Shown: one piece after another, positions 8,597 through 20,032 of the stretch
Layout of the letters: each line of letters starts with the position of its first letter
Numbering within the stretch: position 1 is the first letter of the stretch
Source: an uncultured delta proteobacterium
GTDB taxonomy: Bacteria; Desulfobacterota; Binatia; UBA9968
Assembly: GCA_963847445.1 (NCBI GenBank)
Contig: CAWJZV010000030.1
Coordinates: 320,001 to 384,000 of the forward strand
Direction of reading: 5' to 3'
DNA: 64,000 nt
Notes under the pieces: generated by a model
Seen by the model: only the letters and a program-made list of their open reading frames with translations
Databases searched by the model: none
Told to the model about the DNA's origin: nothing
Translations under genes and position numbers: made by a program

Positions 8597-11500
8597 TCAA
8601 GTTCGATTGCTGCGTTCTGGCGGCTGCAGACGACTCATCAGTTCGCCGAGAAGACCCGAGTCGATCATTTCGCCGTTGCGGTAAGCGAGGGATTGATTGG
8701 AATAGGGCGAGATGCGCGGCCCAGGGGTCAGTATCCCGGCAAGATTCAGTGGATCGGCGGCGGCCAGCAATATTTCGCTGGTTGCCGCTTGGCCGCGGCG
8801 CAACTCACGCAAGCGCTCCACCGCCGCCGGCAAGGCAAACTGCTCACCGACAAAGCCATTGACAAAACGGCCGCCGCGGATCTCGCCGCGCGCTTCCAAG
8901 CGGCGGTAAATCGCCAGTAAATTACGCCAACTGCCCCAGCAGCCATTGCTGGATTCGCGCGCCAATAGGTCGCGAAACACCACGCCGTAGCGCTGTAACA
9001 GCTGGCGCGCCTGGCGTTCCATGCGGCTCGTGCTGCTGACTTCTAGTTTCGAGAATTGCCCGCGCCACAGCGACCAGCGGCCCGCCGGCATGGCCCGCTC
9101 GGAATTGCGCCCGCCGCTGATCAAGCGCAGACTGCGGCGCCGTTCGACACGCTTGTGTTCGGGAGTCAGGAGCACGCGTAAGCCGGCGATGCCGTCGCCG
9201 CTGGCTAACCCATGAGCGACCAGTTGCCAGAGCGCCTCTTCGACTTTCACTTTGAGCAGGCCGGTGTCGCGGGCGATATCGGCGAGAAAAGACGCACCCC
9301 GCTGCTCAAGATAGCGCGCCACCTCCAGCGCCATGGCCGACAGGCTCGGGATATCGGTGTAGCGGCCGTGCATCGGTTCGAGATAATTTTCCAGCTCGTC
9401 ACGCAGGATAAAACCGATGGGCGCATTGCGCGCCGGCGCCAGCAACCGTTTCAACCTTTTGCCGGAAGTAGTCTTCGGCTGGCTGAGCTCTTCGGGCAGA
9501 GTATCGTTGCGCAGCCTGCCCCACGCGACGATGCCGCCTAGACAGAGATACTCCAGGTCGGCGGGGTCGTAAGTTTCGATGCGCGCCGGCAGCACATGCT
9601 GCTCCCAGGCCGGCGCGGGCAATTCCAAGCCCTGTAACTGTTCAATGACCCGCAGCACGCCGTCGCGGCCGCGCAATCTGCTGCCAGGCGCGGCATGCTG
9701 CCAGTGAATGAGAAAATTGACGAAGTCGGCGGCCGATACCGGTTCGATCTCGCGGCGCATCTTGCCCAGGGTCAAACGATGAATGCGCGCGAGCAAAACC
9801 CGATCGCACCACTCGACGGCTTCGCCATCTTGGCCATCTTGAGCATCTTGGGCAATTTGGGCGCCAAGAACGCGCCCGGTGAATTGGCCGCGCATCGCCA
9901 CCCCGGCGCTTTCCAAGGCGAGCAGCGCGGCGGCGACTCTATTGACCGGCAGGCCGATGCGCGCGGCCAGCGCCGCGGCGCTGATCGGCCCGCTCACTTC
10001 GAGCCAGCCTTGAACGATTTTCTTGACGGCGTCTTCCGCCGTCGCAAGGGTCTCGGCAAAACCGAGCGGCAGCGCGATCGCCGGCGAGAAAGAAACCTCC
10101 GGTAAACAGATCTTGATCAAATCGACTCGCTCGGCGGCGATGATGGCGCGCTGCGTGCCATTTGAATCCTGCCAGGTCGCGACCGTCGCGCGGCCGCGGT
10201 CGATCAATTCGCCGGCAAGAGACTGCCAATCGCGGCGCAAGTCCGCCGGCAGTATGCATACGCCCAGGAGCAAATCATGCAACTCATCGGCATTGCGTGC
10301 CTCGGGCCAGGCTTGTTTGCAAACCTCGGCGATGGCCTGGGGATCGAGCTGGCCAAACTCCCGGTCCAACCGCGGATCGACCCGGCGCAGCGACACCGCT
10401 CGCGCCCGGCGCTCCTCCAACGGCGCATCGTCGAGGAAAGCGTAGGGATTGGCGTTCAAGATTTCATGGGCCATCGGCGACGGCGCCGGTGTGTCGATGG
10501 CCAGAGTGGCGATCTCGCCGCTGTCGATCTTGGCGAGCAGCGCCGACAGGCCGTCGATGTCCATCGCCTCGTGCAAACAGTCGCCGATGGTTTCTTTGAC
10601 CAGCGGATGATCGGGCAGCTCCACTCCGCCGCTGCGGTTGTCTTGGCACATCACCTGTTCGGGAAACACCGCCGCGAGCAGATCTTCGGCGCGCATGCGC
10701 TGGATCGCCACCGGGATTTTTTTACCGCCGTTGCTGCGCTTGAGCGCCAGTGCGCGGGTCGCGTTCCAACGCCAGCGGTTGGTAAACATCGGCGACGCCA
10801 GCACGGCCTGGGTTAGATTGTATTCGAGGATCGCCGGCTTGAGCATGGCGAACACGTCGCTGAGCGGAAAGGAATGCTGTTCGACGAGCGAGATACAGAT
10901 GCCGTCGTCGGTGGCCGCCGCTTGCAACTCGCGGTCGAAGCTGACGCAAAAACGCTTGCGCAACGCCAAGCCCCAGGCGCGGTTGATCCGCCCGCCCCAA
11001 GGCGCATGGAGAATCAACTGCATGCCGCCGGCCTCGTCGAAAAAGCGCTCGGCGATGATCTTATCCTGCGACGGCACGGTGCCGAGGACGGCGACGGTGT
11101 CGGCGACGTAGTTGACGATCTGCTCGGCCGCGGCTTGGGGCATCGATACTTCGTCCTGAAGCCAGCTCGCCGCCATGATGCGATCGCCGATCCGCTCGGC
11201 CACCGCGGTGCGCAAATCGGCGACCGCCTGAGATAACTCCAGCGTGCGCGCCGGCGCCTCGCCCATCCAGAATGGAATACTCGGCGGCAATCCCTGGGCG
11301 TCGTCGACCCAGACTTTGCCGGAACCGACGCGGCGAATGCGCCAGGAGCGGTTGCCCAACAGAAAAATATCGCCGGCCAAACTCTCGATGGCGAAATCTT
11401 CGTGCACCGTGCCGACAAAGGTCTCGCTGGCAAATTCCACGACATTGTAATCGGCGGTATCGGGAATCGCCCCGCCGTTGGTGATCGCCGTCAAGCGCGC

Positions 11501-13001
11501 GCCGCGGCGCGGCCGCAGCATGCCGTTAATCCGATCGCGATGAATATAAGCGCTGCGCCGGCTGCGCCGCGTCTCGACGCCTTCGCTGAGCATTTCCAGA
11601 ACTTGCTCGAACTCTTGCCGCTGGCAAATCGCGGTACGGATAGGCGGCGCGCATGAGTTGCCACAGCGCTTCTTCGGAAATCCCCTCTTCGTCATTTGCG
11701 CCCTTTGCGTTCTTTGCGGCCAATCTGGAACTCGCCACCGTCGCCACCATCTGCTGCGCCAGGATATCCAGCGGCTTGTGAATTAAATTTAACTTGTCCA
11801 ACTGCCCCTGGCGCACGGCGCGGATCGCCGCGATCGACTGCATGAGATCGTCGCGCGTGAGCGGATAGAAAAGCCCCTTGGGAATCGCGCCCAGCCAGTG
11901 GCCCGAGCGGCCGACCCGTTGCAGCAGCACCGCCAGATTGCGCGGCGAGCCGATATGGCAGACCACGTCGACATGGCCGATATCGATGCCGAGTTCGAGG
12001 GACGCCGTGGCGACCACCACCGGATAATGACCGGACTTGAGTTTCTCCTCGACCTCCAGCCGGGTTTTGCGCGACAGGCTGCCATGATGCGCGCCGACTT
12101 TGTCTTCGCCCAGCCGTTCGCTCAGTTGATGCGCGACCCGCTCGACCAGGCGGCGGGTGTTGACGAAGATCAATGTCGTGCGGTGCGCTTTAATTTGCTC
12201 GACCAGCTTGTCGTAGACCGCCGCCCAGATATCCTGGCGGATGATCGGTCCCAGCTCTTCGTCCGGCACTTCGATGCGCAGTTCCATCTCGCGCTGATGG
12301 CCGACGTCGACGATCGCACAATCAGGTGTACCGTCAGCGCGAATTCGTTTTGTGCCAACCAACAGCCGCGCCACTTCGTCGATCGGTTTCTGCGTCGCGC
12401 TCAAGCCGATGCGCTGCAATGGCCGCTCGGCCAAGGCTGCCAGCCGTTCGATTGAAAGTGCTAGATGGGCGCCGCGCTTGTCCTGGGCGATGGCGTGAAT
12501 TTCGTCGAGGATCAAAGTTTCGGCCGAGCGGAGAAACTCCCGGCTGCGCGCCGAAGTGAGCAGAATATACAGCGACTCCGGCGTGGTGATGAGAATATGC
12601 GGCGGCCGGCGCACCATCGCCTGGCGCTCCCGCGCCGGCGTATCGCCCGAGCGCACCGCCACGCGGATCGACGGCAGAAGAATCCCCTCGCGTCCGGCCA
12701 GTTGATAAATCTCCGCCAGCGGCGCCTGGAGGTTCTTGGCGATGTCGTTGCCGAGTGCTTTCAAGGGCGAGACGTAGACGACGCTGGTGCGCTCCTGCAG
12801 CGCACCGCCGAGCGCCTGCTTGATCAATCTGTCGATGGACCAAAGAAACGCCGCCAGTGTCTTACCAGAGCCGGTGGGCGCGGCAATCAACGTCGCCTTA
12901 CCAGCGGCAATAGACTGCCAACCCGCGGCTTGCGCCGGCGTCGGCTGGTGAAATCGTTCGGTAAACCAGCGCTCGACTAAGGGATGAAATAGTTCGTTCA
13001 A
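8597..13001 (-). CDS. lhr: Lhr-family ATP-dependent DEAH helicase (frameshift near 11620)
   Basis: APTGSGKT, DEIH, SAT, HHGSLS, SLELGIDIG, QRVGRSGH; C-terminal ITNGGAIPD, RGGRFVNGFVGEQFALP. Confidence 0.9.
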
Positions 13002-13031
13002 GCAGGAATTCTCCGCAGTATGGAGAATTTC

Positions 13032-13060
13032 AAGCTAAAGGGAATTTTACTGAGGGTCAA
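13032..13060 (-). promoter_or_regulatory. Sigma70-type promoter for lhr
   Basis: TTGACC-N17-TAGCTT. Confidence 0.5.
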
Positions 13061-13169
13061 TAAGAGATGGTAAATCGTCAGGTATGCGGAAGCAGACGTA
13101 CGTCGGGTTGCGCCTTGCGAGGTGATCTTTCACTATTCGTCATCGCCGCCAATGATGATAGATTCTCGG

Positions 13170-13341
13170 CATGGTCCCGGATTCACTCACGAAGCCGCCA
13201 GCACTCCCGACGCACTGAATATCTTTATGTGATTCAGGCGACCAACTTGGAAGGCGTCGTGGTATATTCAAGGGCAAGCTCGTTCGGGAACGCGGTGAGG
13301 ATCATTTTTGCTTTCTTATTTCAGCCAAGAGGGCGCTATGA
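13170..13341 (+). pseudogene. Truncated small protein, likely toxin partner of the downstream zinc-finger protein
   Basis: EYLYVIQATNLEGVVVYS / KGKLVRERGEDHFCFLISAKRAL*, stop overlapping next ATG; no clear 5' half. Confidence 0.45.
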
Positions 13342-13587
13342 AGACAAACTTGCAAAAAGAAACATTGTCCATTTCTAGCTGTCCGTCCTGCGGCAGCTCC
13401 GCTATTCGCAAAATTAAAGGAAAGTGGAGCGGCACTTATCGCGGCAAGACATTTACCGTAAACTGCGCTCGAATATTTCGAGTGTCCAAATTGTCGAGAA
13501 AAAGTTTATCCTCCCCAGGCAATGCGGAGAATACAGGAAAGCTCCCCGGCGTATGCCAAATCCCGTGCCGTGCGGCGCGCTTCCTGA
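13338..13587 (+). CDS. YgiT/MqsA-type zinc-finger protein (frameshift near 13462)
   Basis: CPSCG...YRGKTFTVN / LEYFECPNCREKVYPPQAMRRI (two CxxC). Confidence 0.75.
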
Positions 13588-13619
13588 ACAGACGAGACCA
13601 GGAAAATCCGCAGGAGATC

Positions 13620-13830
13620 AAGACAAATTGACGCTCGCGTTACGCCGTATGTCCGAAGCTTTCGGCGGTGTATCGAAGCTAGCCCGCAGCGCAAGATTGA
13701 ACGCGAACACGCTTTCGTCGAAATGGATCCGGAATTGAAGAGCTTGCGGGTGGTTCTCCGGGCGATGAGCATGCAGCTCATAGTCCGTCTACTGCGGAGA
13801 CAAATAGCCTTGAGTTACATTTCCGGATGA
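13620..13830 (+). pseudogene. Addiction-module antidote (HI1420-like HTH) remnant
   Basis: LALRRMSEAFGGVSKLARSARLNANTL ... DPELKSLRVVLRAMSMQL; no N-terminus, internal deletion. Confidence 0.65.
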
Positions 13831-14020
13831 AATCCGCTCCAGCGCGGAACGTATGTGGCGACCTGGAATATAGCGACAGATTGAGGAGGCAGGCAGACTG
13901 GTTGTGCAAAAGTTAGTGGGGGTGTTTAGGGATTTGTCCAAGTTGGGGAACGATAGATACGCACAGCAATCTTGTGCCGCTGGTATCACGGCAGAGGGAG
14001 TTAACCGGAGGTAAAAGGTC

Positions 14021-14540
14021 GTGGCGGAATCTGACAGTTGTCCTGTCCTGTCCGTTTGTATCGTCAACTGGAATTGCTGCGAACACCTGCGAGCTTTATT
14101 AGCTTCGATCGAATCTGAGCGCGACGAAGTTTCGATTGAGGTTATCGTGGTCGATAATGCCTCGACGGACTGCTCCAGCGGCGCTAGTGAAAGCGGAATT
14201 TCCTGCCGTTCATTTAATATGCAATCAGCGTCATAGAGGGGTAGCGGCATCTAACAACGAGGCGGCCGCGCGCGCGCGGGGGAAGCTTTTACTATTCCTT
14301 AATAACGACACCAAAATCCAGTATGGCGCTTTGACGGGGCTAGTAAACTTTGCGGGAAATCATCCCGAAGATATCCGCAGTCGCGCCCAATCTCATCTCT
14401 CCCGACGGTAAGCCCCAGGGGAATGTACGTAAAATGCTTGGCTTTCGAGCACTACTCCATCGTGTCCTGTTTCTTCGTTGGACCGGTCTTTTCCGCTCTG
14501 CCAATCGTGCCTATCGACAAGTCGATTTCGACCTCACGCG
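14021..14540 (+). pseudogene. GT2 glycosyltransferase N-terminal fragment, frameshifted and truncated
   Basis: LSVCIVNWN, EVIVVDNASTD, NNEAAARARGKLLLFLNNDT in successive frames. Confidence 0.75.
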
Positions 14541-15009
14541 AATCCTAGCATTTTCGATCGCGATCTTATGCGCGTCGGCGACATTCGTTATTTTCCTTGT
14601 GAGCGTAGCGACCTCGGTTGGATTCATGCGCCGGTACCAACTCAATTTACTACTCATTGGAAACAGCAAAGATAATAGAACAACATTATTCCGTCAAATA
14701 TTCTACGAAAGATCACGAAGTGATTTGGGAATCGAAGGGGAACTCAGGCGACGTTGTTGACTAGCTGGACAAACTCTTTGTCAGGATTCTTACACCTCCG
14801 AGATCAAGGCCCTACTTGGCGGCCAACCTCGGCGGTGACTACCCCGAAGCTCTCCACCAGCCGGCGAAAGGTTAACCGTCGTTCGACTGTTGAATCGTTG
14901 GTGTGAAAATAATCGGTGCCCCGGCGAGATGAAGTGCACTCGACAGTTTGGCGATGTACAGGCGAGAAACTACTTAGCGGGTTTGGCTTCCGCCTTATCT
15001 GGAACCTTC

Positions 15010-15354
15010 TCAGAAGGAGTTGGTAGGCCCGGCCATGCCCATGCCTTGGCGCTGCAAGCCTTCCATCACCATCTTGGCGCCGCCGTGGCCTTTGTCGGCG
15101 AGTTCGCCGGTCTTGGTAACGATGGTTCTGAATTGGGCTTGGGTTTTTTGCGCTTCTTGGAGGGCAGTCTCTTGGCTGTTCTTGATCAGGCCGAGGTTGC
15201 TCCGTTCGGCGAGTAAGGAGACGGTTTGAAAGCCGAAATAGGTGATCAGTGCGACCAACGTAATAATCAGCGGCAGGTTCGATTGAGTTGCCATCGGCGC
15301 ACTGGCGAATTCTTCTTCGCTGGCGTTGGTGTCGTTATTGTTTTCGTTGTCCAT
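15010..15354 (-). CDS. Small single-TM hypothetical protein
   Basis: TM LPLIITLVALITYFGF then coiled coil; an indel near 15025 would extend the C-terminus to ~14970 (TPSEKVPDKAEAKPAK*). Confidence 0.7.
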   Translation of the reverse strand: MDNENNNDTNASEEEFASAPMATQSNLPLIITLVALITYFGFQTVSLLAERSNLGLIKNSQETALQEAQKTQAQFRTIVTKTGELADKGHGGAKMVMEGLQRQGMGMAGPTNSF

Positions 15355-15361
15355 GGATGTC

Positions 15362-15649
15362 TCACTTCGCCGGCGGCTTGGTTTCTGGACCCGCTTGCAG
15401 GTTGATGCCGGCCGCGGCTAGTACGCCCATGAGCGGCTCGTCGTTTGTCTTCATCGCGAGATTGGCAAGTACATTGATGAGCTGGCGGTTGAGCGCGTCG
15501 AGCTGCATAGTCTGGCTGATGATTTGCTGGCGCTCACTGACATCGCTCTGGATCGACTGATTGCCGATGCCGATAAAGATATTGACCAACACCAGGAGCA
15601 AGACCAACACTGACAATCCGGTCAGCAGAATTTTGCTTTTTTTCGTCAT
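15362..15649 (-). CDS. Small single-TM hypothetical protein
   Basis: N-terminal TM and Gln-rich helix; directly after lepB, same strand. Confidence 0.7.
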   Translation of the reverse strand: MTKKSKILLTGLSVLVLLLVLVNIFIGIGNQSIQSDVSERQQIISQTMQLDALNRQLINVLANLAMKTNDEPLMGVLAAAGINLQAGPETKPPAK

Positions 15650-15702
15650 GCACGAACTCGTACTTTCAGCCGGTATTCAAGCGTTGCCGATGGCGTCAGC
15701 GG

Positions 15703-16359
15703 CTAGCGGATCAAACTGCCCAAGCGTTCCCAGCGCACCCAGCGGTCGATGCCGTCCCAGGACCAATAGATCAAGAAGGCTTTGCCGCGCACTTCGCTCA
15801 AGCTTACATAACCCCAGAAGCGGCTGTCGTAGCTGCGGTCGCGATTGTCGCCCATGACGAAGACATGGCCTTCGGGAACCACCTTCGGCCCATAGTTGTC
15901 GCCGTTCACCGTGCCGCCCAACTGGGGATCGTAACCTTCGAAGTGGGCGTGGCTATCCTCCACCGCTTTGCCGTTGATGAAAACCTTCTTGCTGCGCACT
16001 TCGACATTGTCGCCGGCCACACCGACCACCCGTTTGATGAAATCTTTCGAGCGGTCCTCGGGGTAGATGAAGACGATCACATCGCCGCGCGCCGGCGCGC
16101 CGAAGTCGATCAGATACTTTTCCAAAAATGGCAGGCGCACGCCGTAGGAGAGCTTGTTGACGAGGATATGATCGCCAATCGCCAACGTCGGGATCATCGA
16201 ACCCGACGGAATTTTGAAAGCCTGGACGATGAAGGTGCGGATAAACAACGCCAGGAGCAATGCCGTCAAGATCGCTTCGGCATACTCGCGAAACGTCGAT
16301 TTGGCTTTCGGCGCCACGCCGCCCTCAGCCACCGATTGATCTTTTACTTTTTCTGCCAT
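15703..16359 (-). CDS. lepB: Signal peptidase I
   Basis: FKIPSGSMIPTL, FIKRVVG, GDNRDRSYDSRFWG. Confidence 0.96.
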   Translation of the reverse strand: MAEKVKDQSVAEGGVAPKAKSTFREYAEAILTALLLALFIRTFIVQAFKIPSGSMIPTLAIGDHILVNKLSYGVRLPFLEKYLIDFGAPARGDVIVFIYPEDRSKDFIKRVVGVAGDNVEVRSKKVFINGKAVEDSHAHFEGYDPQLGGTVNGDNYGPKVVPEGHVFVMGDNRDRSYDSRFWGYVSLSEVRGKAFLIYWSWDGIDRWVRWERLGSLIR

Positions 16360-16371
16360 GAAGTCTCCAAT

Positions 16372-18165
16372 TTACACCTTTAGCGCGGCAAGAAAAGCCT
16401 CTTGGGGAATTTCCACCTTGCCCACCTGCTTCATGCGCTTCTTCCCCTCCTTTTGCTTTTCCAGCAGTTTGCGTTTGCGCGTAATATCGCCGCCATAGCA
16501 TTTGGCGATGACGTTCTTGCGCAGCGCCTTGACCGCTTCGCGGGAGACGATTCGGCTGCCGATCGCGGCCTGGATCACCACTTCGAACATCTGCCGCGGG
16601 ATCAGTGAGCGCATCTTTTGCACTAGATCGCGGCCGCGGTAATAAGCGTTGTCGCGGTGCACGATCATCGACATGGCGTCGACGATGTCGCCATTGATGC
16701 GCACGTCGAGTTTGACCAGGTCGGATTCGCGATAGCCGGCCAGCTCATACTCCATTGACGCGTAGCCGCGACTCACCGACTTCAGGCGATCGTAAAAATC
16801 GGCGACGATCTCGTTGAGCGGCAACTCATAGGCGAGCATCACCCGCTTGGGGCCGAGATAACGAATCTCTTTCTGGGTGCCGCGCTTCTCCTGGCACAGC
16901 CCCAGGACGCCGCCCAAAAATTCCTGGGGCAAATGGATCGACGCGTCGATGATCGGCTCTTCGATCTTTTGGATATCGCCTTCGTTGGGCATGCGCACCG
17001 GATTGTCGATCAGCAAAACTTCGCCGGTCACCTGGGTCACCTGGTAGATGACCGTCGCCGCGGTGGTAATCAGGCTTAAGTTAAATTCCCGTTCGAGCCG
17101 TTCGCGAATGATGTCCAGATGCAACAGGCCCAAGAAGCCGCAGCGGAATCCGAAACCCAAAGCCTGGGACGTTTCCGGCTCGAAAGTAAACGACGAGTCG
17201 TTCAAACGCAGCTTGTCGAGGGCGTCGCGCAGCGCCTGATACTGATGCGCCTCGGTCGGGTAGAGACCGCTGAAGACCATCGGTTTCATCGGTTTGTAAC
17301 CGGGCAGCGCTTTGCTGGCGGGATTATCGTCCAGCGTAATCGTATCGCCGATGCGGGTTTCGGAGACTTCTTTGATGCCGGCCATGATGAAACCGACTTC
17401 GCCGGCGTTGAGTCCGGTGGTTTCCACCGGACCGGGCGAATAGACGCCGGTCCGGGTTACTTCAAAGCTCCGGCCGCTCGACATCATGCGAATCCGCGAG
17501 CCCTTGGCGACTTGGCCGTCCATCACCCGCACCATCACCACCGCGCCGTGATAAGGGTCGAACCAACAGTCGATGATCGACGCCGTCAACGGCGCGTTGA
17601 CGTCGCCCTGGGGCGGCGGAAAAAAGTGGATCACCGCTTCGAGGATATCTTCGATGCCGACGCCCTCTTTCGCGCTGGCCAGGATCGCATTCGAAGCGTC
17701 GAGCCCGATGACATCCTCGATTTCCTGTCTGACCCGTTCCGGCTCGGCGCTGGGCAAATCGATCTTGTTGATCACCGGCAGGACTTCGAGATTGAGATCC
17801 AGCGCCATGTGAACGTTGGCGACGGTCTGCGCTTCGACGCCTTGGGCCGCGTCGACGATCAATAAAGCGCCTTCGCAAGCGGCCAAACTGCGCGACACTT
17901 CATAGGTGAAATCGACATGACCCGGCGTATCGATGAGATTGAGCTTGTACTCTTTGCCGTCCTTGGCGCGGTAGCGCAGGCATACCGGGCTGGCCTTGAT
18001 GGTAATGCCGCGCTCCCGTTCCAGTTCCATGCTATCGAGAATCTGATCGGTTCTTTCGCGCGCGCTGACCGCGCCGGTGAACTCCAGCAGCCGGTCGGCC
18101 AAAGTCGACTTGCCATGGTCGATATGGGCGATGATGGAAAAATTGCGAATATGATCGAGTTTCAT
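16372..18165 (-). CDS. lepA: Elongation factor 4
   Basis: [38 protein letters not shown]. Confidence 0.98.
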   Translation of the reverse strand: MKLDHIRNFSIIAHIDHGKSTLADRLLEFTGAVSARERTDQILDSMELERERGITIKASPVCLRYRAKDGKEYKLNLIDTPGHVDFTYEVSRSLAACEGALLIVDAAQGVEAQTVANVHMALDLNLEVLPVINKIDLPSAEPERVRQEIEDVIGLDASNAILASAKEGVGIEDILEAVIHFFPPPQGDVNAPLTASIIDCWFDPYHGAVVMVRVMDGQVAKGSRIRMMSSGRSFEVTRTGVYSPGPVETTGLNAGEVGFIMAGIKEVSETRIGDTITLDDNPASKALPGYKPMKPMVFSGLYPTEAHQYQALRDALDKLRLNDSSFTFEPETSQALGFGFRCGFLGLLHLDIIRERLEREFNLSLITTAATVIYQVTQVTGEVLLIDNPVRMPNEGDIQKIEEPIIDASIHLPQEFLGGVLGLCQEKRGTQKEIRYLGPKRVMLAYELPLNEIVADFYDRLKSVSRGYASMEYELAGYRESDLVKLDVRINGDIVDAMSMIVHRDNAYYRGRDLVQKMRSLIPRQMFEVVIQAAIGSRIVSREAVKALRKNVIAKCYGGDITRKRKLLEKQKEGKKRMKQVGKVEIPQEAFLAALKV

Positions 18166-19089
18166 TTGGCCAAATGTTCGCGATAATAAGCCGCCGTGCG
18201 TTGCAGTCCGTCGGCCAGTGTCACTTGCGGCCGCCAGCCCAAAACTTCTCCGGCGCGCCGATTATCGATGCAGCTGCGCCGCTGTTCTCCCGGTTTTGCC
18301 GGGCCATGTTGTGCTTGCAGCTGACTGCCCACGGCATCGCGCAAATGATTGTAGATCGCCACCACGTCGGTTTCGATGCCGGTACCGATGTTGACCGGTC
18401 CGACAAAGTCACTATCGAGGGCCGCGACATTGGCCGCGACGACATCGCCGACGTAAACATAGTCGCGGCTTTGTTTGCCGTCGCCATTGATGACCGGCGT
18501 TTTCCCCGTCAATAGCAGGGACAGGAAGATCGCCACCACACCAGCCTCGCCTTGGGCCGACTGGCGCGGGCCGTAAACATTGGCATAACGCAGGGCGATG
18601 TACGGCAAGCCGAACGCCTGGCGATAGTACGAAAGATACAATTCGCCGGTGCGCTTGCTCACGCCGTAGGGACTGGCCGGTTGGGTTGCATGGCTTTCCG
18701 CCGCGGGAAAACTCTCCTGCTCGCCATAGACCGCACCGCCGGAAGAGGCGAAGATCACTTTCTTGACGCCGGCGTTCTTACAGCCCTCGAGCAAATTAAT
18801 AAAACCCAAAATATTCACCCGCGCGTCGAAGGTCGGGTCGGCCACCGAGTGGCGCACATCCATTTGCGCGGCGTGATGACTCAAAATATCGGGTTTGATT
18901 TGCTCGATGAGCTTAGCTGCTTTGACGGTCGGCGATATCGATCTGGTGCAAGGTCGCCTTAGCGTTGACGTTGCTGCGCTGCCCGGTGGAAAAATCATCG
19001 AGGATATGGACCTCATGGCCGCGCTCGATATAGGCATCGGTAATGTTCGAGGCGATAAAGCCGGCGCCGCCGGTAACGACGATTTTCAC
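18162..19089 (-). CDS. NAD-dependent epimerase/dehydratase, GalE-like (frameshift near 18925)
   Basis: GTG 19089 [14 protein letters not shown]... joins ORF containing [26 protein letters not shown]. Confidence 0.88.
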
Positions 19090-19099
19090 AGTCTCGCTC

Positions 19100-20032
19100 C
19101 TAGAGTTTGGTTCTGAAATACTCGATGGTCTTGACCAAGCCCTCTTCTAGTTTGACCTTGGGCTCCCAGCCGAGAATATTTCTCGCCTTGGTGATATCCG
19201 GCTGGCGCACCTGCGGATCGTCTTCCGGCAGCGGTTTGTAAACGATCTCGCTCTTGGATTGGGTCATTTCGATAATTTTCTTGGCGAATTCCAAAACCGT
19301 CATCTCGTAAGGGTTGCCGATATTGACCGGTAGATGGTGATCGGACTTGAGCAGCTTGTCGAGCCCGGCGACCAGATCGTCGACGTATTGGAAGCTGCGC
19401 GTCTGTTGCCCTTGGCCATAGACCGTCAGCGGCTCGCCTTTGAGCGCCTGCATAATAAAGTTGGGCACCACCCGGCCGTCGCGGATGCGCATGCGCGGCC
19501 CGTAGGTGTTAAAAATGCGCACGATCCGGGTGTCGAGCTGATGGAACCGGTGGTACGCCATGGTCATCGCTTCGGCGAACCGTTTGGCTTCATCGTAAAC
19601 GCCGCGCGGCCCGATCGGATTGACGTTGCCCCAGTACTCTTCGCTCTGCGGCCGCACCAGTGGGTCGCCATAAACCTCCGACGTCGAAGCGAGCAGATAG
19701 GTTGCGCCTTTCTCTTTCGCCAGGCCGAGAGAGTTATGGGTGCCCAAGGCGCCAACTTTCAAAGTCGGAATCGGCAATTCTAAATAATCCACCGGACTCG
19801 CCGGCGAGGCGAAGTGCAGGACAAAGTCCAAGGGCTCCGGCACTTCGATATAGCGGCTCACATTGTGATCGATGAAGCGAAAGCGGGGATTTTTCAGAAA
19901 CGCGCTGATGTTTTCATTGGCGCCTGTGGAGTAGTTATCCATGCACAAGACTTGGTGCCCTTGATTGAGAAAATACTCGCACAGGTGGGAGCCGATGAAA
20001 CCCGCGCCGCCGGTGATTAAATATCTAGCCAT
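19100..20032 (-). CDS. UDP-glucuronate decarboxylase (UXS-type)
   Basis: [46 protein letters not shown]. Confidence 0.92.
   Translation of the reverse strand: MARYLITGGAGFIGSHLCEYFLNQGHQVLCMDNYSTGANENISAFLKNPRFRFIDHNVSRYIEVPEPLDFVLHFASPASPVDYLELPIPTLKVGALGTHNSLGLAKEKGATYLLASTSEVYGDPLVRPQSEEYWGNVNPIGPRGVYDEAKRFAEAMTMAYHRFHQLDTRIVRIFNTYGPRMRIRDGRVVPNFIMQALKGEPLTVYGQGQQTRSFQYVDDLVAGLDKLLKSDHHLPVNIGNPYEMTVLEFAKKIIEMTQSKSEIVYKPLPEDDPQVRQPDITKARNILGWEPKVKLEEGLVKTIEYFRTKL

Noticed and set aside
5695-13001. Programmed ribosomal frameshifting in XDH or lhr
   Set aside because: No slippery heptamers at the shifts; same indel pattern affects many unrelated core genes
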